IMG/VR virus record: IMGVR_UViG_3300035208_002606
Reading direction: 5' to 3' (one strand)
Origin: a virus
Lineage: Duplodnaviria; Heunggongvirae; Uroviricota; Caudoviricetes
DNA length: 64,000 nt
Notes under the pieces: generated by a model
What the model saw: the letters and a program-made list of their open reading frames with translations, nothing else
Told to the model about the DNA's origin: nothing
The model's database searches: none
Part shown: one piece after another, positions 16,324 to 26,400 of the stretch
How the letters are laid out: each line of letters opens with the position of its first letter
Numbering within the stretch: position 1 is the first letter of the stretch
Position numbers and translations under genes: made by a program

Positions 16324-16385
16324 GCAAATCCCTTCTTCTGCTTTGCCGTAAAATCTCCTGTTCCTATTGCCATGTTTTATTCCTC

Positions 16386-17723
16386 CTATTCATAAACCAC
16401 AATACATTTTGCGCCGCCGGCCGTAACAATCGTCAACCCTGTTCCGAACGGAATATTCAACGGGAATGCTCCCAATACCTTTGAAGCGTCTATCGCCCCA
16501 ATCAGAGGAACTGCCGCAGAAGTGTTGTCGTAAATCGTGATGGTTCCCGCATTCTCTACGTTGTTAATGGATTGCAAAACCCCTGCTCCATATTTACAAA
16601 TCGTTGTCGTATCCGTGGAGATGTATTTGTAGATTGCCTCTGTCGTAATATTTCCTAATCTGACGATGGTTGCAAATCTAACTTCGAATGAGTTGTCAGT
16701 TGTATTTCCGTTGGAGTTGATATTTTCCATCGTGATAGGGAGATTGAGAGTATTGGTGAGACTTGTTGTTGCTGATGAGAGTGTGTGGAGCAGGACGTTG
16801 TTGACGAAAAACTTCACATTGAACTCTGAAATATCTATCGTAAGCCGAACAAGTGTAGTACTCATTACAACACTTGCTCCCAAATTGCCGTTGAAACTAC
16901 CCGAAGCAACTGTCGTGTCTGCGCCGCCTTTTCTTGCCCCTACTTCGAATGCTGTTCCGTTCATTTGAAAATAAAATCCCTCGTTTGCATTGTACGGGCC
17001 GATTCTGCGAATATTATCCGCTTCGGGGTCTGTCATCAATCTTGCAATTGCACGGAACTGATTAACACTTCCAGGAACTTTACGAGAGGTGCGAACAGTT
17101 ACATATTTGGCTGTGGAATCGGCAGTCACTCCTGTTGCCAAGACGATTTCTCCTGCTAAGGTAACACTTCCCGACCCTGTTACCGTTTCCGTCCAAAAGT
17201 TCGTATCCTTGGTCGTGCCTGAAAAAGCAGTCCCGATTAGTCGCACGGGGCTGACTGTTTTCAAACCACCAATTGCATCCACTTCAACCCTGTTCCCAGT
17301 TTCTTCGTCTACAATCCCGCCGCTCGTTTTCAGGCGTTCGTAGGAGTTGAGGGCGCGAGGCAAAGGGTCGGCAATCGGACACAGGACTGCGTTGAGACGA
17401 AAATAAGTCGTATCCGTTGTGCCTGTCAATACCACCCTGATGCGCCAATAGTTAGTGATGGCTTGGACGGTTCCTCCGTCAGCACCCTTGGAGTAATAAT
17501 AGGCGAAAGAATCGGAGATGTCCCAATTGGTATCATCGTCCGACTGCTCGATGTAGACGGTTGCGTTTTGGTCGGTCTTCAGGTTCCATTGCAATGCCGC
17601 AACCCCCAAAGTGGATGTTCCTGTTCCCGTGAAGGTGTAACTGTTTCCTGAAGTAAGATTGGTAGTGGAACTGTTGTTCGCACCAACCTCTGCTTGTTGT
17701 TTTATGTGGCTAAAGTAACTCAT
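16386..17723 (-). CDS. putative virion structural protein (beta-rich, lectin-like)
   Basis: Thr/Gly-rich 445 aa; C-terminal TITIYDNT...FGTGLTIVT motif typical of phage virion proteins. Confidence 0.55.
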   Translation of the reverse strand: MSYFSHIKQQAEVGANNSSTTNLTSGNSYTFTGTGTSTLGVAALQWNLKTDQNATVYIEQSDDDTNWDISDSFAYYYSKGADGGTVQAITNYWRIRVVLTGTTDTTYFRLNAVLCPIADPLPRALNSYERLKTSGGIVDEETGNRVEVDAIGGLKTVSPVRLIGTAFSGTTKDTNFWTETVTGSGSVTLAGEIVLATGVTADSTAKYVTVRTSRKVPGSVNQFRAIARLMTDPEADNIRRIGPYNANEGFYFQMNGTAFEVGARKGGADTTVASGSFNGNLGASVVMSTTLVRLTIDISEFNVKFFVNNVLLHTLSSATTSLTNTLNLPITMENINSNGNTTDNSFEVRFATIVRLGNITTEAIYKYISTDTTTICKYGAGVLQSINNVENAGTITIYDNTSAAVPLIGAIDASKVLGAFPLNIPFGTGLTIVTAGGAKCIVVYE

Positions 17724-17815
17724 GCTTTATCTCCTATATTATTATCCATTGATTCGGCGCCGAACATTGCACCGTCAAGTTTTCCCATTGATTTACACTT
17801 TGGGTTGCATTGCCG

Positions 17816-20314
17816 TCAATTGTATCTGCCATCCCCATCAACTGTCACGATTCCCGTATTGATATTCTTGATGTTGAAGATTTGCCCTGTTGTTGCGGTG
17901 GGGAGTGTTACTGTGAAGTCAGTTGCCTTGTTGCAGACAACGGTGTAGTCGGTATTGAGAATGGTGTAAGTGTCTGTTACGGTTGTGACTTTTCTTATTT
18001 GCCCGTTTTGCAGGGTCGTGGTGGTGACAGGGGTTACTGTTAGTGCGCCTGCCGAAGATACTGCAAGGTCAGCATAATAAGTAGCACTCCCATCTGCATC
18101 ATTGTAAGTAAGTCTAAGGCAATCGCCTGTTGCGGAGTTGATTTCAAGTTGCTTGTCAGGTGCGGTTGTGCCGATGCCTACGTTCCCACTTGCCCTGATT
18201 ATCATTCCTGTTGTTAGTCCTGTAGTTCCAACCATAAATTCCAATGCACCGGCATTGTCTGCTCCATCTCTTCGTGCATAAATTCTGCTTATATAGTTGA
18301 ATTCACCAATAACTGCACTATCATCAATACTAAAAATGAAACCTCCTCCAAAGCCATCCGTCATATTTCCACTTGTTGTTGTTCTGCAATGGAACCCTGA
18401 TGCGATACCATTTGTTGTTCCAAAAGCACCACCTGTTACCGAAGTAGTTCTCAAGAATCTTCCAACGGGGAAAGCATCACTTACCACATCCAACTTGCCC
18501 AATGGATTCGTAGTCCCGATACCGACATTCCCCGCAAAGTATCCGTTTCCTGCGTAATCGGTATAGAACTTCGATGTAGATGCAACCTGTGCATCTATTA
18601 GATTCCCACTCGTCTTTACAGTAGGATTGATAAGGAAGTCGGTTAGGGCTGAAGAGTCTGTGTTTACTAACTCTGCCCCAATGCCGAAGTATTTGCCTGA
18701 AGTGTAAACGCCTGTGACAGAAGTATTGCCGAGTTGAACCGTATTGCTTCCACTTCCTATTGCGTTGTAACCGATTACTGTTTCGTTCTGGGCATTGTCA
18801 ACTGACGCTTTGGTATCTGTGCCAAGATATGTAGAGTAATCGCTTGTGGTGTTGTCAGTTATACCATCTGCAATAAACATTCCCGCCTGATAACCCTGTG
18901 CTGAATTGTAACGGCCCGTGGTATTTAGGAAGAGCGCCCGAATACCCTGTGCTGAATTGTAACTGCCCGTGGTATTTGAGGAGAGCGCGCGATAACTCTG
19001 TGCTGAATTGTAACTGCCCGTGGTATTTGAGGAGAGCGCATAAGCCCCCTGCGCTGAGTTGAAAGACCCCGTGGTGTTGGAGTAGAGCGCATTAGCCCCC
19101 TGCGCGGAGTTGTAACTCCCCGTGGTGTTGGAGTAGAGCGCCTGATAACCCTGCGCGGAGTTGTTACTCCCCGTGGTGTTGGAGTAGAGCGCCTGAACAC
19201 CCTGTGCAGAGTTGTAATAGCCCGTGGTGTTGGAGTAGAGTGCCTGATAACCAATCCCCACATTGTATGACGCTTGGGATATGCTTGTCGCCGTTGACCC
19301 CATCGTGAAATTGCCGGCATCTTCACCTACGAATAAGTTCTTACCCGAAGGAACCGCAGTATCCCCTGTCGGGTGATGGAAGGTGTGGATGAAAGGACTG
19401 CCGCCTTTGTAGATAACGCCTGAATCTCCTGAAGTGTTGTCGGGGAAGGTGAAGTTCTTTGTTATCTCCAACTGTTGAGTAGGCGCATCCGTCCCAATCC
19501 CAATCCTATCATTCACATCATCGTAATAAATCAGCGAATCAGTAATGTCAGTAGAAGATGTGAAGTAGGGAACATATCCTGATGTGCCTGTTGTGCTGAC
19601 GGGTTCGCCGGAGTAGCCGGAGATTCCAGAATATCCTGACCATGCAGAAGTTCCTGAATATCCTGACCATCCTGACCATGCGGAGGTTCCTGAATATCCT
19701 GACCATGCAGAAGTTCCTGAATATCCTGACCATGCCGATGTTCCTGAATATCCTGACCATGCAGAAGTTCTAGAATATCCTGACCATGCGGAGGTTCCTG
19801 AATATCCTGACCATCCTGACCATGCAGAGGTTCCTGAATATCCTGACCATGCAGAAGTTCCTGAATATCCTGACCATGCAGAGGTTCCTGAATATCCTGA
19901 CGATGCGGAGGTTCCTGAATATCCTGACCATCCTGACCATGCGGAGGTTCCTGAATATCCTGAATATCCTGACCATCCTGACCATGCGGAGGTTCCTGAA
20001 TATCCTGACCATCCTGACCATGCGGAGATTCCTGAATATCCTGACCATCCTGATTCTCCACTCCACCCGCTTATCCCCGAACCACTATATCCGCTTTCTC
20101 CTGAATATCCACTCCATCCGCTTATACCCGAACCTGAATATCCTGATGTACTACTTCCCGAATAACCGCTTAATCCGCTATAACCCGAAGCACCGTCAAT
20201 TCCATAATTAAGGGCTTCGAATACAATAACTTCGCTTTCTGCAATATCTACACTAATAGGGGTTATCTCGTTCTCTTCAAAATTAACAGTTATGTAAATA
20301 TTTTGTTTAGCCAT
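17816..20314 (-). CDS. tail fibre-like protein with SGx repeats; C-terminal domain continues in the +1 frame to 17734
   Basis: SGY/SGW triplets, NTTGxxNSAQGxxAL repeats and GNVGIGT repeats. Confidence 0.75.
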   Translation of the reverse strand: MAKQNIYITVNFEENEITPISVDIAESEVIVFEALNYGIDGASGYSGLSGYSGSSTSGYSGSGISGWSGYSGESGYSGSGISGWSGESGWSGYSGISAWSGWSGYSGTSAWSGWSGYSGYSGTSAWSGWSGYSGTSASSGYSGTSAWSGYSGTSAWSGYSGTSAWSGWSGYSGTSAWSGYSRTSAWSGYSGTSAWSGYSGTSAWSGYSGTSAWSGWSGYSGTSAWSGYSGISGYSGEPVSTTGTSGYVPYFTSSTDITDSLIYYDDVNDRIGIGTDAPTQQLEITKNFTFPDNTSGDSGVIYKGGSPFIHTFHHPTGDTAVPSGKNLFVGEDAGNFTMGSTATSISQASYNVGIGYQALYSNTTGYYNSAQGVQALYSNTTGSNNSAQGYQALYSNTTGSYNSAQGANALYSNTTGSFNSAQGAYALSSNTTGSYNSAQSYRALSSNTTGSYNSAQGIRALFLNTTGRYNSAQGYQAGMFIADGITDNTTSDYSTYLGTDTKASVDNAQNETVIGYNAIGSGSNTVQLGNTSVTGVYTSGKYFGIGAELVNTDSSALTDFLINPTVKTSGNLIDAQVASTSKFYTDYAGNGYFAGNVGIGTTNPLGKLDVVSDAFPVGRFLRTTSVTGGAFGTTNGIASGFHCRTTTSGNMTDGFGGGFIFSIDDSAVIGEFNYISRIYARRDGADNAGALEFMVGTTGLTTGMIIRASGNVGIGTTAPDKQLEINSATGDCLRLTYNDADGSATYYADLAVSSAGALTVTPVTTTTLQNGQIRKVTTVTDTYTILNTDYTVVCNKATDFTVTLPTATTGQIFNIKNINTGIVTVDGDGRYN

Positions 20315-20316
20315 GT

Positions 20317-20670
20317 TTAATCAATCCTATCCGCAACCTCTTCAACCAAATAATTCCCCTTCAATAGAGTATAGAGTTTTCCCGCACTAGGTCTTGCTTG
20401 AATACTGTAATAATAATTACCCCTAGGTAAAAGTTCGGTATCTTCGTGTGTGAGTTCTATGGTAGCCGTTCCTGAGGCTCCCCCGCCGTCAGGAATTGTT
20501 ACATCTTTTCTTATAAGAGCGTCTGCATCGGCATCACTATAACATGTTTTAACGGTAAAATAAATAATCCAACCGCTGATGTCTAATAATTCCCCCGCAG
20601 CGTCTTTAAATACAAGTTCGTAAGTTTTGGAATCTCCCGCTATTATTGATAAATGTTGTTTGGTTGCCAT
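20317..20670 (-). CDS. BppU-like fibre/baseplate attachment domain protein
   Basis: AGDSKTYELVF...DISGWIIYFTVK...YYYSIQ pattern. Confidence 0.6.
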   Translation of the reverse strand: MATKQHLSIIAGDSKTYELVFKDAAGELLDISGWIIYFTVKTCYSDADADALIRKDVTIPDGGGASGTATIELTHEDTELLPRGNYYYSIQARPSAGKLYTLLKGNYLVEEVADRID

Positions 20671-20672
20671 TA

Positions 20673-20709
20673 TTTCTAATCTCCTATATGTATTTATGGA
20701 GATTAGAAA
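20673..20709 (-). promoter_or_regulatory. 12-bp hairpin occluding the SD, with a late promoter box in the loop
   Basis: TTTCTAATCTCC-ATAAATACATATA-GGAGATTAGAAA immediately before the ATG at 20670. Confidence 0.7.
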
Positions 20710-20794
20710 ATGTATAAACCAATCCTATCAAATTGGTTTATGGGATTGATAACCCAATCAGAGTCGGAATACCGATGGTCTGATTGGGAGCAGA

Positions 20795-20977
20795 TTATTC
20801 TTTAACTTCTTCTTTCTTTTCCTGCAATAGTTCGTCCAATGCCTTGATAGCACCATCGATTTGAACCATTTTTGTTTCCTGTTGCTTCAACATATTCATT
20901 ACTTGCTGATGCTGATTATTCAGGTCGGTCATTTCCTTTACCAACTGTTCTCTTTTCTTCAAGATTTGTTCTCTCAT
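20795..20977 (-). CDS. small coiled-coil protein
   Basis: Heptad-rich 60 aa; SD GGAG. Confidence 0.6.
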   Translation of the reverse strand: MREQILKKREQLVKEMTDLNNQHQQVMNMLKQQETKMVQIDGAIKALDELLQEKKEEVKE

Positions 20978-20988
20978 ATTTGTCTCCT

Positions 20989-21126
20989 TTACTTTGTTTT
21001 CTTTTCTTTCGCCTTTTCCCGCTGTTTCTTCTTCTCTTCCATGATACGAAGTTTGTCTTCGGTATTCAGGGTTTCAATTAATAGTTTAACCTTTGGCTGA
21101 TTCAGGGATGTCGTTAACTTGCTCAT
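20989..21126 (-). CDS. small basic hypothetical protein
   Basis: MSKLTTSLNQPK...; SD GGAGG. Confidence 0.45.
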   Translation of the reverse strand: MSKLTTSLNQPKVKLLIETLNTEDKLRIMEEKKKQREKAKEKKTK

Positions 21127-21334
21127 CTGATAAAACCTCCTGTGTATTTTCCTCTTCCATTTCCTTGCTGTTTTCAACAAGCAATCTCTCTAGGGCAGAA
21201 ATCGCACCCGCTAATTGTTCTAATTTTCTTTCCTGCTGATTAGCCATTTGTACCATTTTATCACGATTCTCTGCCGTTTTCTGCCATTCCTTCTTGTACT
21301 CTTCCATCTGGCTTCTTAAAGTCTCGATATCCAT
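21086..21334 (-). CDS. small coiled-coil protein, similar to 20795-20977
   Basis: Both contain Q(L/I)xGAIxALxxLL. Confidence 0.6.
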   Translation of the reverse strand: MDIETLRSQMEEYKKEWQKTAENRDKMVQMANQQERKLEQLAGAISALERLLVENSKEMEEENTQEVLSDEQVNDIPESAKG

Positions 21335-21335
21335 T

Positions 21336-22388
21336 TTATTCTCCTCCTTTATTTATTAGTTCTTCTACTTTCTCGACAACGGTTTCGGGGGATACGAAAG
21401 CGTCTGCATTAAATTCTGCCGCTTCCCAAAGTTCGAATTGCTTTTCTCTTAAATAACTACGATTTTTCAAAAGATTTACATTAGCCTCGTGTCCAAAGAT
21501 GGACGGGTCAGACTGACTCCAAATAACTATTCCTCTTTTTTTAAATTGCAACAAGGCCCAGTGATGAAAGAAGTTGTCTATACTTATCCACGCCTTGCAG
21601 TTCTTAATGTCTTCCCCCAATTCCCACAAATCTTTATCCCAGATGTGGGCATCTGCTGTTTTCAGTTTAAGTTCCGCGCCTTGGCCGGCTTGCCAGACCG
21701 TATACCCTTTTTCCTTCAGAAGTTTTATCAACTTGGTCCAATATTCCTTCGAAGGGTTTTTGGCATTAAATCCCCCTGACCGCAGCGGTTTCGCCCAACA
21801 ACTCATCAGTATTGTATTCTCGTCCATTCTTAACTCCGTTATTTTTTGCCAAATATTTTCATCGCCTACAACTGCCCTGTACTTAAATAATTTATCCAAC
21901 GCCGCCTTAACCGTACCCCACAACAGGTCGTGGCCTGCCATAATCCCTCTGTCTTTTAACTTCGGCAGGCAAAGTTTAACATCGTTCGTGACGGCTTCTG
22001 TCGTATGCTCGCCGTCAATAAAAATGAAGTCGAAGAACTTATCAGGGATAGAGTATTCTTCCCACTTCAAATTTCTCGTGTCTGCAACGATAACTTTAAC
22101 ATTGTCGGTGATTTCAAAATCGGCTATTGCCTTGCGGAATATTCCTTCGATGTCCAATTCCTGCGCTTCCTTGTGTGCGCCATCTGCTTCGCTTTCCGCT
22201 CCTTTGAAGGTGTCCACGACATAAGCCGTAATATTTTTTTTCTTAATGATGTCGGCAACGGAACAAATGGAGCGGCCTCGCCAACAACCGATTTCGAGAG
22301 TGGTTGCCCCGTTGGGAAGAGATTCAAAAGTCCTTCGATAAAAAGCGATATCGTTGTCATACCACCATCCCACAGGTAACTCAGCCAT
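21336..22388 (-). CDS. class I SAM methyltransferase fused to a GT9-like C-terminal half
   Basis: LEIGCWRGRS, FIFIDGEH and MAGHD; then KNPSKEYW...WISIDNFFHH...IVIWSQSDP. Confidence 0.75.
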   Translation of the reverse strand: MAELPVGWWYDNDIAFYRRTFESLPNGATTLEIGCWRGRSICSVADIIKKKNITAYVVDTFKGAESEADGAHKEAQELDIEGIFRKAIADFEITDNVKVIVADTRNLKWEEYSIPDKFFDFIFIDGEHTTEAVTNDVKLCLPKLKDRGIMAGHDLLWGTVKAALDKLFKYRAVVGDENIWQKITELRMDENTILMSCWAKPLRSGGFNAKNPSKEYWTKLIKLLKEKGYTVWQAGQGAELKLKTADAHIWDKDLWELGEDIKNCKAWISIDNFFHHWALLQFKKRGIVIWSQSDPSIFGHEANVNLLKNRSYLREKQFELWEAAEFNADAFVSPETVVEKVEELINKGGE

Positions 22389-22632
22389 TCTTACCCTCCA
22401 ATTCCCGCTCAAGAGTGTTCAAAATTATAGATAAAGTTTTTTGGTCAGCAATTTCAGAAAAATCAAAATAACCAGATAACCCTTTTATTTCTTTAAATTT
22501 AACTGTAACTATTTCATTTACTCGAATAAAAATAAAATGTTGAGATTCAAGTCGTTGTATAGTTGAATCTGAAACTAATTTTTTAGCCAAACTTTTAAAT
22601 TCTTTTTTAAATATTTTTTTTTGTTTCATCAT
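22381..22632 (-). CDS. hypothetical protein
   Basis: 83-aa ORF coupled to the downstream gene. Confidence 0.55.
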   Translation of the reverse strand: MMKQKKIFKKEFKSLAKKLVSDSTIQRLESQHFIFIRVNEIVTVKFKEIKGLSGYFDFSEIADQKTLSIILNTLERELEGKNG

Positions 22633-23350
22633 TAAACTCCTTATTTACTCGAACTTGGTTTTTTTTTATTTTGTAAAAATAACCATTTGAAATTCCAAAT
22701 TTGGTATAAATTTCTTTACTGCTTAATTTTCCCTTTTCTATTAATTTTTTAATCAATAAAATATCATTATCTGTTAGTTTGTGATTCCAACTATTATTTC
22801 CGATATATTTACCTTTTAATCTTTTACTTATTTCTTCACCAAATCCTTCTCTTTTTGGTTTTCTCATATGCTGTTTGCCCTCTTCGCTTCTGGGCTTTCT
22901 CATTTTTATTAAAGATTCTTCAGTATGGCGTTTTCCGTAAAATGGATTATTTATTCCATTAGATTTTTCTCTTTTTTTCTGTTTTGTTTCTTCTGTTTGT
23001 AATCTACCAATTGCTCTTTTTCTTATTTTTTGTTTTGTTATTTCTGAATGGTGTTTATTTTCATGCCCACCTGTTTCTAAATTATACCCATTCGGAGCCA
23101 ATGTATTCAACTCTTTTATTAAAAACTGTTCTGTCCAATCCAAGTCTTCTTCAACACAAGAAAAAGAAATCCATTTAAAGTTTTTGATACCATATTTTTT
23201 AATCGCTCTCGTTAAAATACAAATTTGTTTCTTTTTTCCGCACTTGTGTCCCGCTATTCGTTCTTTTAATTTTCTCGTTGTTTGCCCCACATATCTCATT
23301 CCATTTAAGAGATTAATACCAATATAAATCGTTCCAAGTTTTTGATTCAT
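22607..23350 (-). CDS. GIY-YIG homing endonuclease with NUMOD3-like repeats
   Basis: GTIYIGINLLNGMRYVGQT, APNGYN and NPFYGKRHTEE; SD AAGGAG. Confidence 0.85.
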   Translation of the reverse strand: MNQKLGTIYIGINLLNGMRYVGQTTRKLKERIAGHKCGKKKQICILTRAIKKYGIKNFKWISFSCVEEDLDWTEQFLIKELNTLAPNGYNLETGGHENKHHSEITKQKIRKRAIGRLQTEETKQKKREKSNGINNPFYGKRHTEESLIKMRKPRSEEGKQHMRKPKREGFGEEISKRLKGKYIGNNSWNHKLTDNDILLIKKLIEKGKLSSKEIYTKFGISNGYFYKIKKNQVRVNKEFNDETKKNI

Positions 23351-23377
23351 CTTCAACTCCTTATCCAAGTCAGATTT

Positions 23378-23443
23378 AATAGTGAAGTAATCCGAAATGG
23401 GATAAGCATTTCGAAAAGGGAATGACCCCTGTCCTACACTATT
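23378..23443 (-). ncRNA. structured leader upstream of homing endonuclease (copy 2)
   Basis: AATAGTG/CACTATT stem with hairpins AGGG/CCCT and TTCGAAATG/CATTTCGGA. Confidence 0.6.
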
Positions 23444-23457
23444 ATTTATTGTTTTCA

Positions 23458-26400
23458 TTAAAATTTTTCTTGTAAAAATAACTCTTCGTAGGCGGTTTTT
23501 AAATGAATTTTTCTTCCCAAATCCGACTGCTTCCACAAATATCTATAGACGTTGTGTACATCGGCCATTTTTTCTCCGATAATATCTTTAACTTGCCAAG
23601 GATGTAATGTTTGAACAGAAGGAAAATCTTTAAAGAGGAGAGAATAATAAGTCCCAACTATAACCTTTCCATATTTTTTAATGAGTTCGGGAAGTATTTC
23701 TTTAAAACAAATAGTATCCCCAATACCCGCATCAATTTGGAATATTTTTCCATCGGGTTTAATAGACCAACTTTGTAATTTACGTTTGAAAATTTCTTCA
23801 TCATGTGTCCAAAGTTCGGGATTGGGATTAGACCGTATCCCGCCGTTGGGGTTTCTAAAATGCCAAATCTGGGCTGAAGTTGTAACAAGAAGTTTCCAAC
23901 CTCTGCGGAAATATTCGTGTGTAAATATACTTTCTTCTCTATGGGCAACATCACTCAGGGAGAGACAAAAATTAATATCTTCTACTTTGCGATATAAAAA
24001 AGAAGAATAAAGATGTTCGACTTCAAACACTTGGCCTTCTTTCTGTTTCATCCATTGTGTATTCTCTTTTGTATATATTTCTGAAATTTTATTATTATTA
24101 ACATAACCCTCTGGAGCCAATTGCGATTGTTTAGGGTCTAATACTAAACAACCGACAGCACCCACACCATCGGTCATTTGTTCCATTAATTTTTCCAAAA
24201 CATTAGGTTCTAAATATTCATCATCATCGACCCGAAACACAAACTCTGTCTTGGCTTTGTCGAGGACAATCTGATGGCTGAAGTGCTGACCCTTATGTTG
24301 CCCAAAGATGACTTCCCATTCAATACCCTTTTTCGACAACATCGAAAAGAGGTATTGATACATCGGGTCATCTCGCAAGTCTGTCATCTTACCGTCTTCC
24401 TTGGGGTCTGAATCGTCCACGATGATAAGTTTTCTGATGGGGTAGGTCTGCATCATTACGGACAGCAATGTTGTCGGGAGCGTGGAGAAGTAGCGGTTCT
24501 TGGTGGGGATGCCGACAGTTACTTCGTATTTTTTCTCGTTCTCCTTTTTGCGCTCATATCCTAATGTTCGTAGTCTTGGGTCGGCGGGTCTATCCTGAAA
24601 AATTTCCACAAAGCCCTGAGCGGTCAGAAATTTTCTCAACCCTTCTATCAACCCGAACTGCCCTTCAGTTTTATGGACATTCTCGTGCATTTCAATACGG
24701 ATGGAATCAATCTTCGACAGAGCATGAAACGATGCCCCATAAAATAAATCGTACTCAGCACCTTCGCAATCCACTTTCAGAAAGATGGGTTTATCGTTTC
24801 CTACTTGTTCCACCAAATAATCAAGGTTAACAGTTCTTACTATATTTGTAGAGTTGTCTGTTGCGGGTTGAGAATATACTCTTCCATCTGCCTTGTCGAA
24901 CTGTGGGAGATGCACCATTTCAACTTCTTCCCCTTTTCTTAATCCAACAGCCATCGGCAAAAGAAAAATATTTTCCTCGCCTTTTGTATTTTCAGATAGA
25001 GTGAGAAGGGTTTCAGTATTTGGCTCAACAGCAATAATTTTTGCGGCTCCGTATTCCTCAGCCAACAAGGTAAATATTCCCGTATTGGCTCCGACATCAA
25101 TGACATTTTTCCCCCCAATATCTTTTTGCGATACATGATAGCAATTATTATCCACGATTTCCTTGAAAATTAAGGGGTTTTGTGTTTTTAAATTCTGTCT
25201 ATTGACTAACGGCATTGGGTTTAAGACATTGATGGTCTTCTTTTCTAATTCCATGAATTGTTCTTTTGTCATTTTTGCATCTCTAGCGTAATGAAATGCC
25301 CAACCATTCTTCAAATCGGTTTCGCTAAGTCTTGCCGCTTCCCTTTTGTTTCTTTCTATGAAATTATCAAAATCTATATATTTAAAATGTAAGAGGTATA
25401 AAGACTCGTCTGATTTTTTTATCGTTCCTGTAGGATTTGCCTGATGGCAACCTACTTGGTAATTTACGTCTACCTTTGCGGGGTTGAAAACCGAAAGTTT
25501 ACTCAACCATTGCGGGTCGTGATATCCTCTTCTCACTATGTCATAAATTTGACCTGAGTATCCATAATCAAACTTTTCGGAAACCATCTGAAACCCCTTA
25601 ATAGTAGGGATTGTGATTCCATTGCGCTTAAATTCTTCTAACTTTTCTCTCAATTTTGGATGATGAATGAACTCATCCATATCCACTACAATAACCCAGT
25701 CATAATCATATCGATATTTTTTCCATGCCTCATTCCTGAAATCAGTCAAGTGTTGATTGTTCATTTTGTCTTCGGGAACAGAAATAATTTCAACCTTATT
25801 TGAAGCCTTTAGTATTTCAAGGGTTTTATCCGTAGAGCCGCCGTCATAAATTAAAATCTTATCAGCAATGGTTTCATAGTGTCGTAGAAAAAATGGGGCA
25901 ATAAGTTCTTCGTTACGGCAGACTGCCATAACCAATACACTTAATTCCTGCCCGTGCGAACCAAGCACTTCTGGTTCAAATACAGTAGGTAATTCGTCAA
26001 AACATGCTTTGGCAAACCTAAAGTCATTTCCAATTTCCTCTGTTTCTTTCCACACTAGCGCATGTTTTTTGGCAATATCTAAGCGAACCATCATGTTCAA
26101 AGTATCAATTTGAAAAAATTCAGGCTTGCCTTGATGTCCGACTTCGGGAATATCTCGACCCGTTTCGGAATGATGAATTTTACACCATGCTCCTCCAACA
26201 TCCTTTAGGAATGTGGCCTGCCAAAGATGAAGCAACCATTCGGGTTTTACGGTATTATCAGAATCTAAAAACACCACCCATTCCTTATTACTTGATTCCA
26301 ACTTATTCAAAATTTCAATGCGTTGCCCATCTCCGTAATGATTATCGGGCGGGTCAATAAAAGTATACTCAATCTCAGGAGCATTCTGAATTTTTGACCA

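Noticed and set aside
16275-16373. SD-backed ATG at 16373 (- strand) out of frame with the PEPPV ORF, possibly a second frameshift
   Set aside because: It could be a 32-aa peptide or a 1-nt indel, but ATG 16323 has its own purine-rich SD and there is no homology evidence to decide.
19531-20211. Long alternative-frame ORFs (QDGQDIQE..., MVRIFRN..., MRRFLNIL...)
   Set aside because: These are shadows of the 9/27-bp SGx repeat in the fibre gene, with no SD support.
20714-20792. tRNA-like structure in the hairpin-rich spacer
   Set aside because: No cloverleaf, T-loop (GTTCRA) or CCA was recognised; no tRNA was seen anywhere in the window.
22607-23536. 309-aa GIY-YIG start as given by the ORF track
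   Set aside because: The extension runs through the structured leader and the GT stop; the SD-supported start is at 23350.
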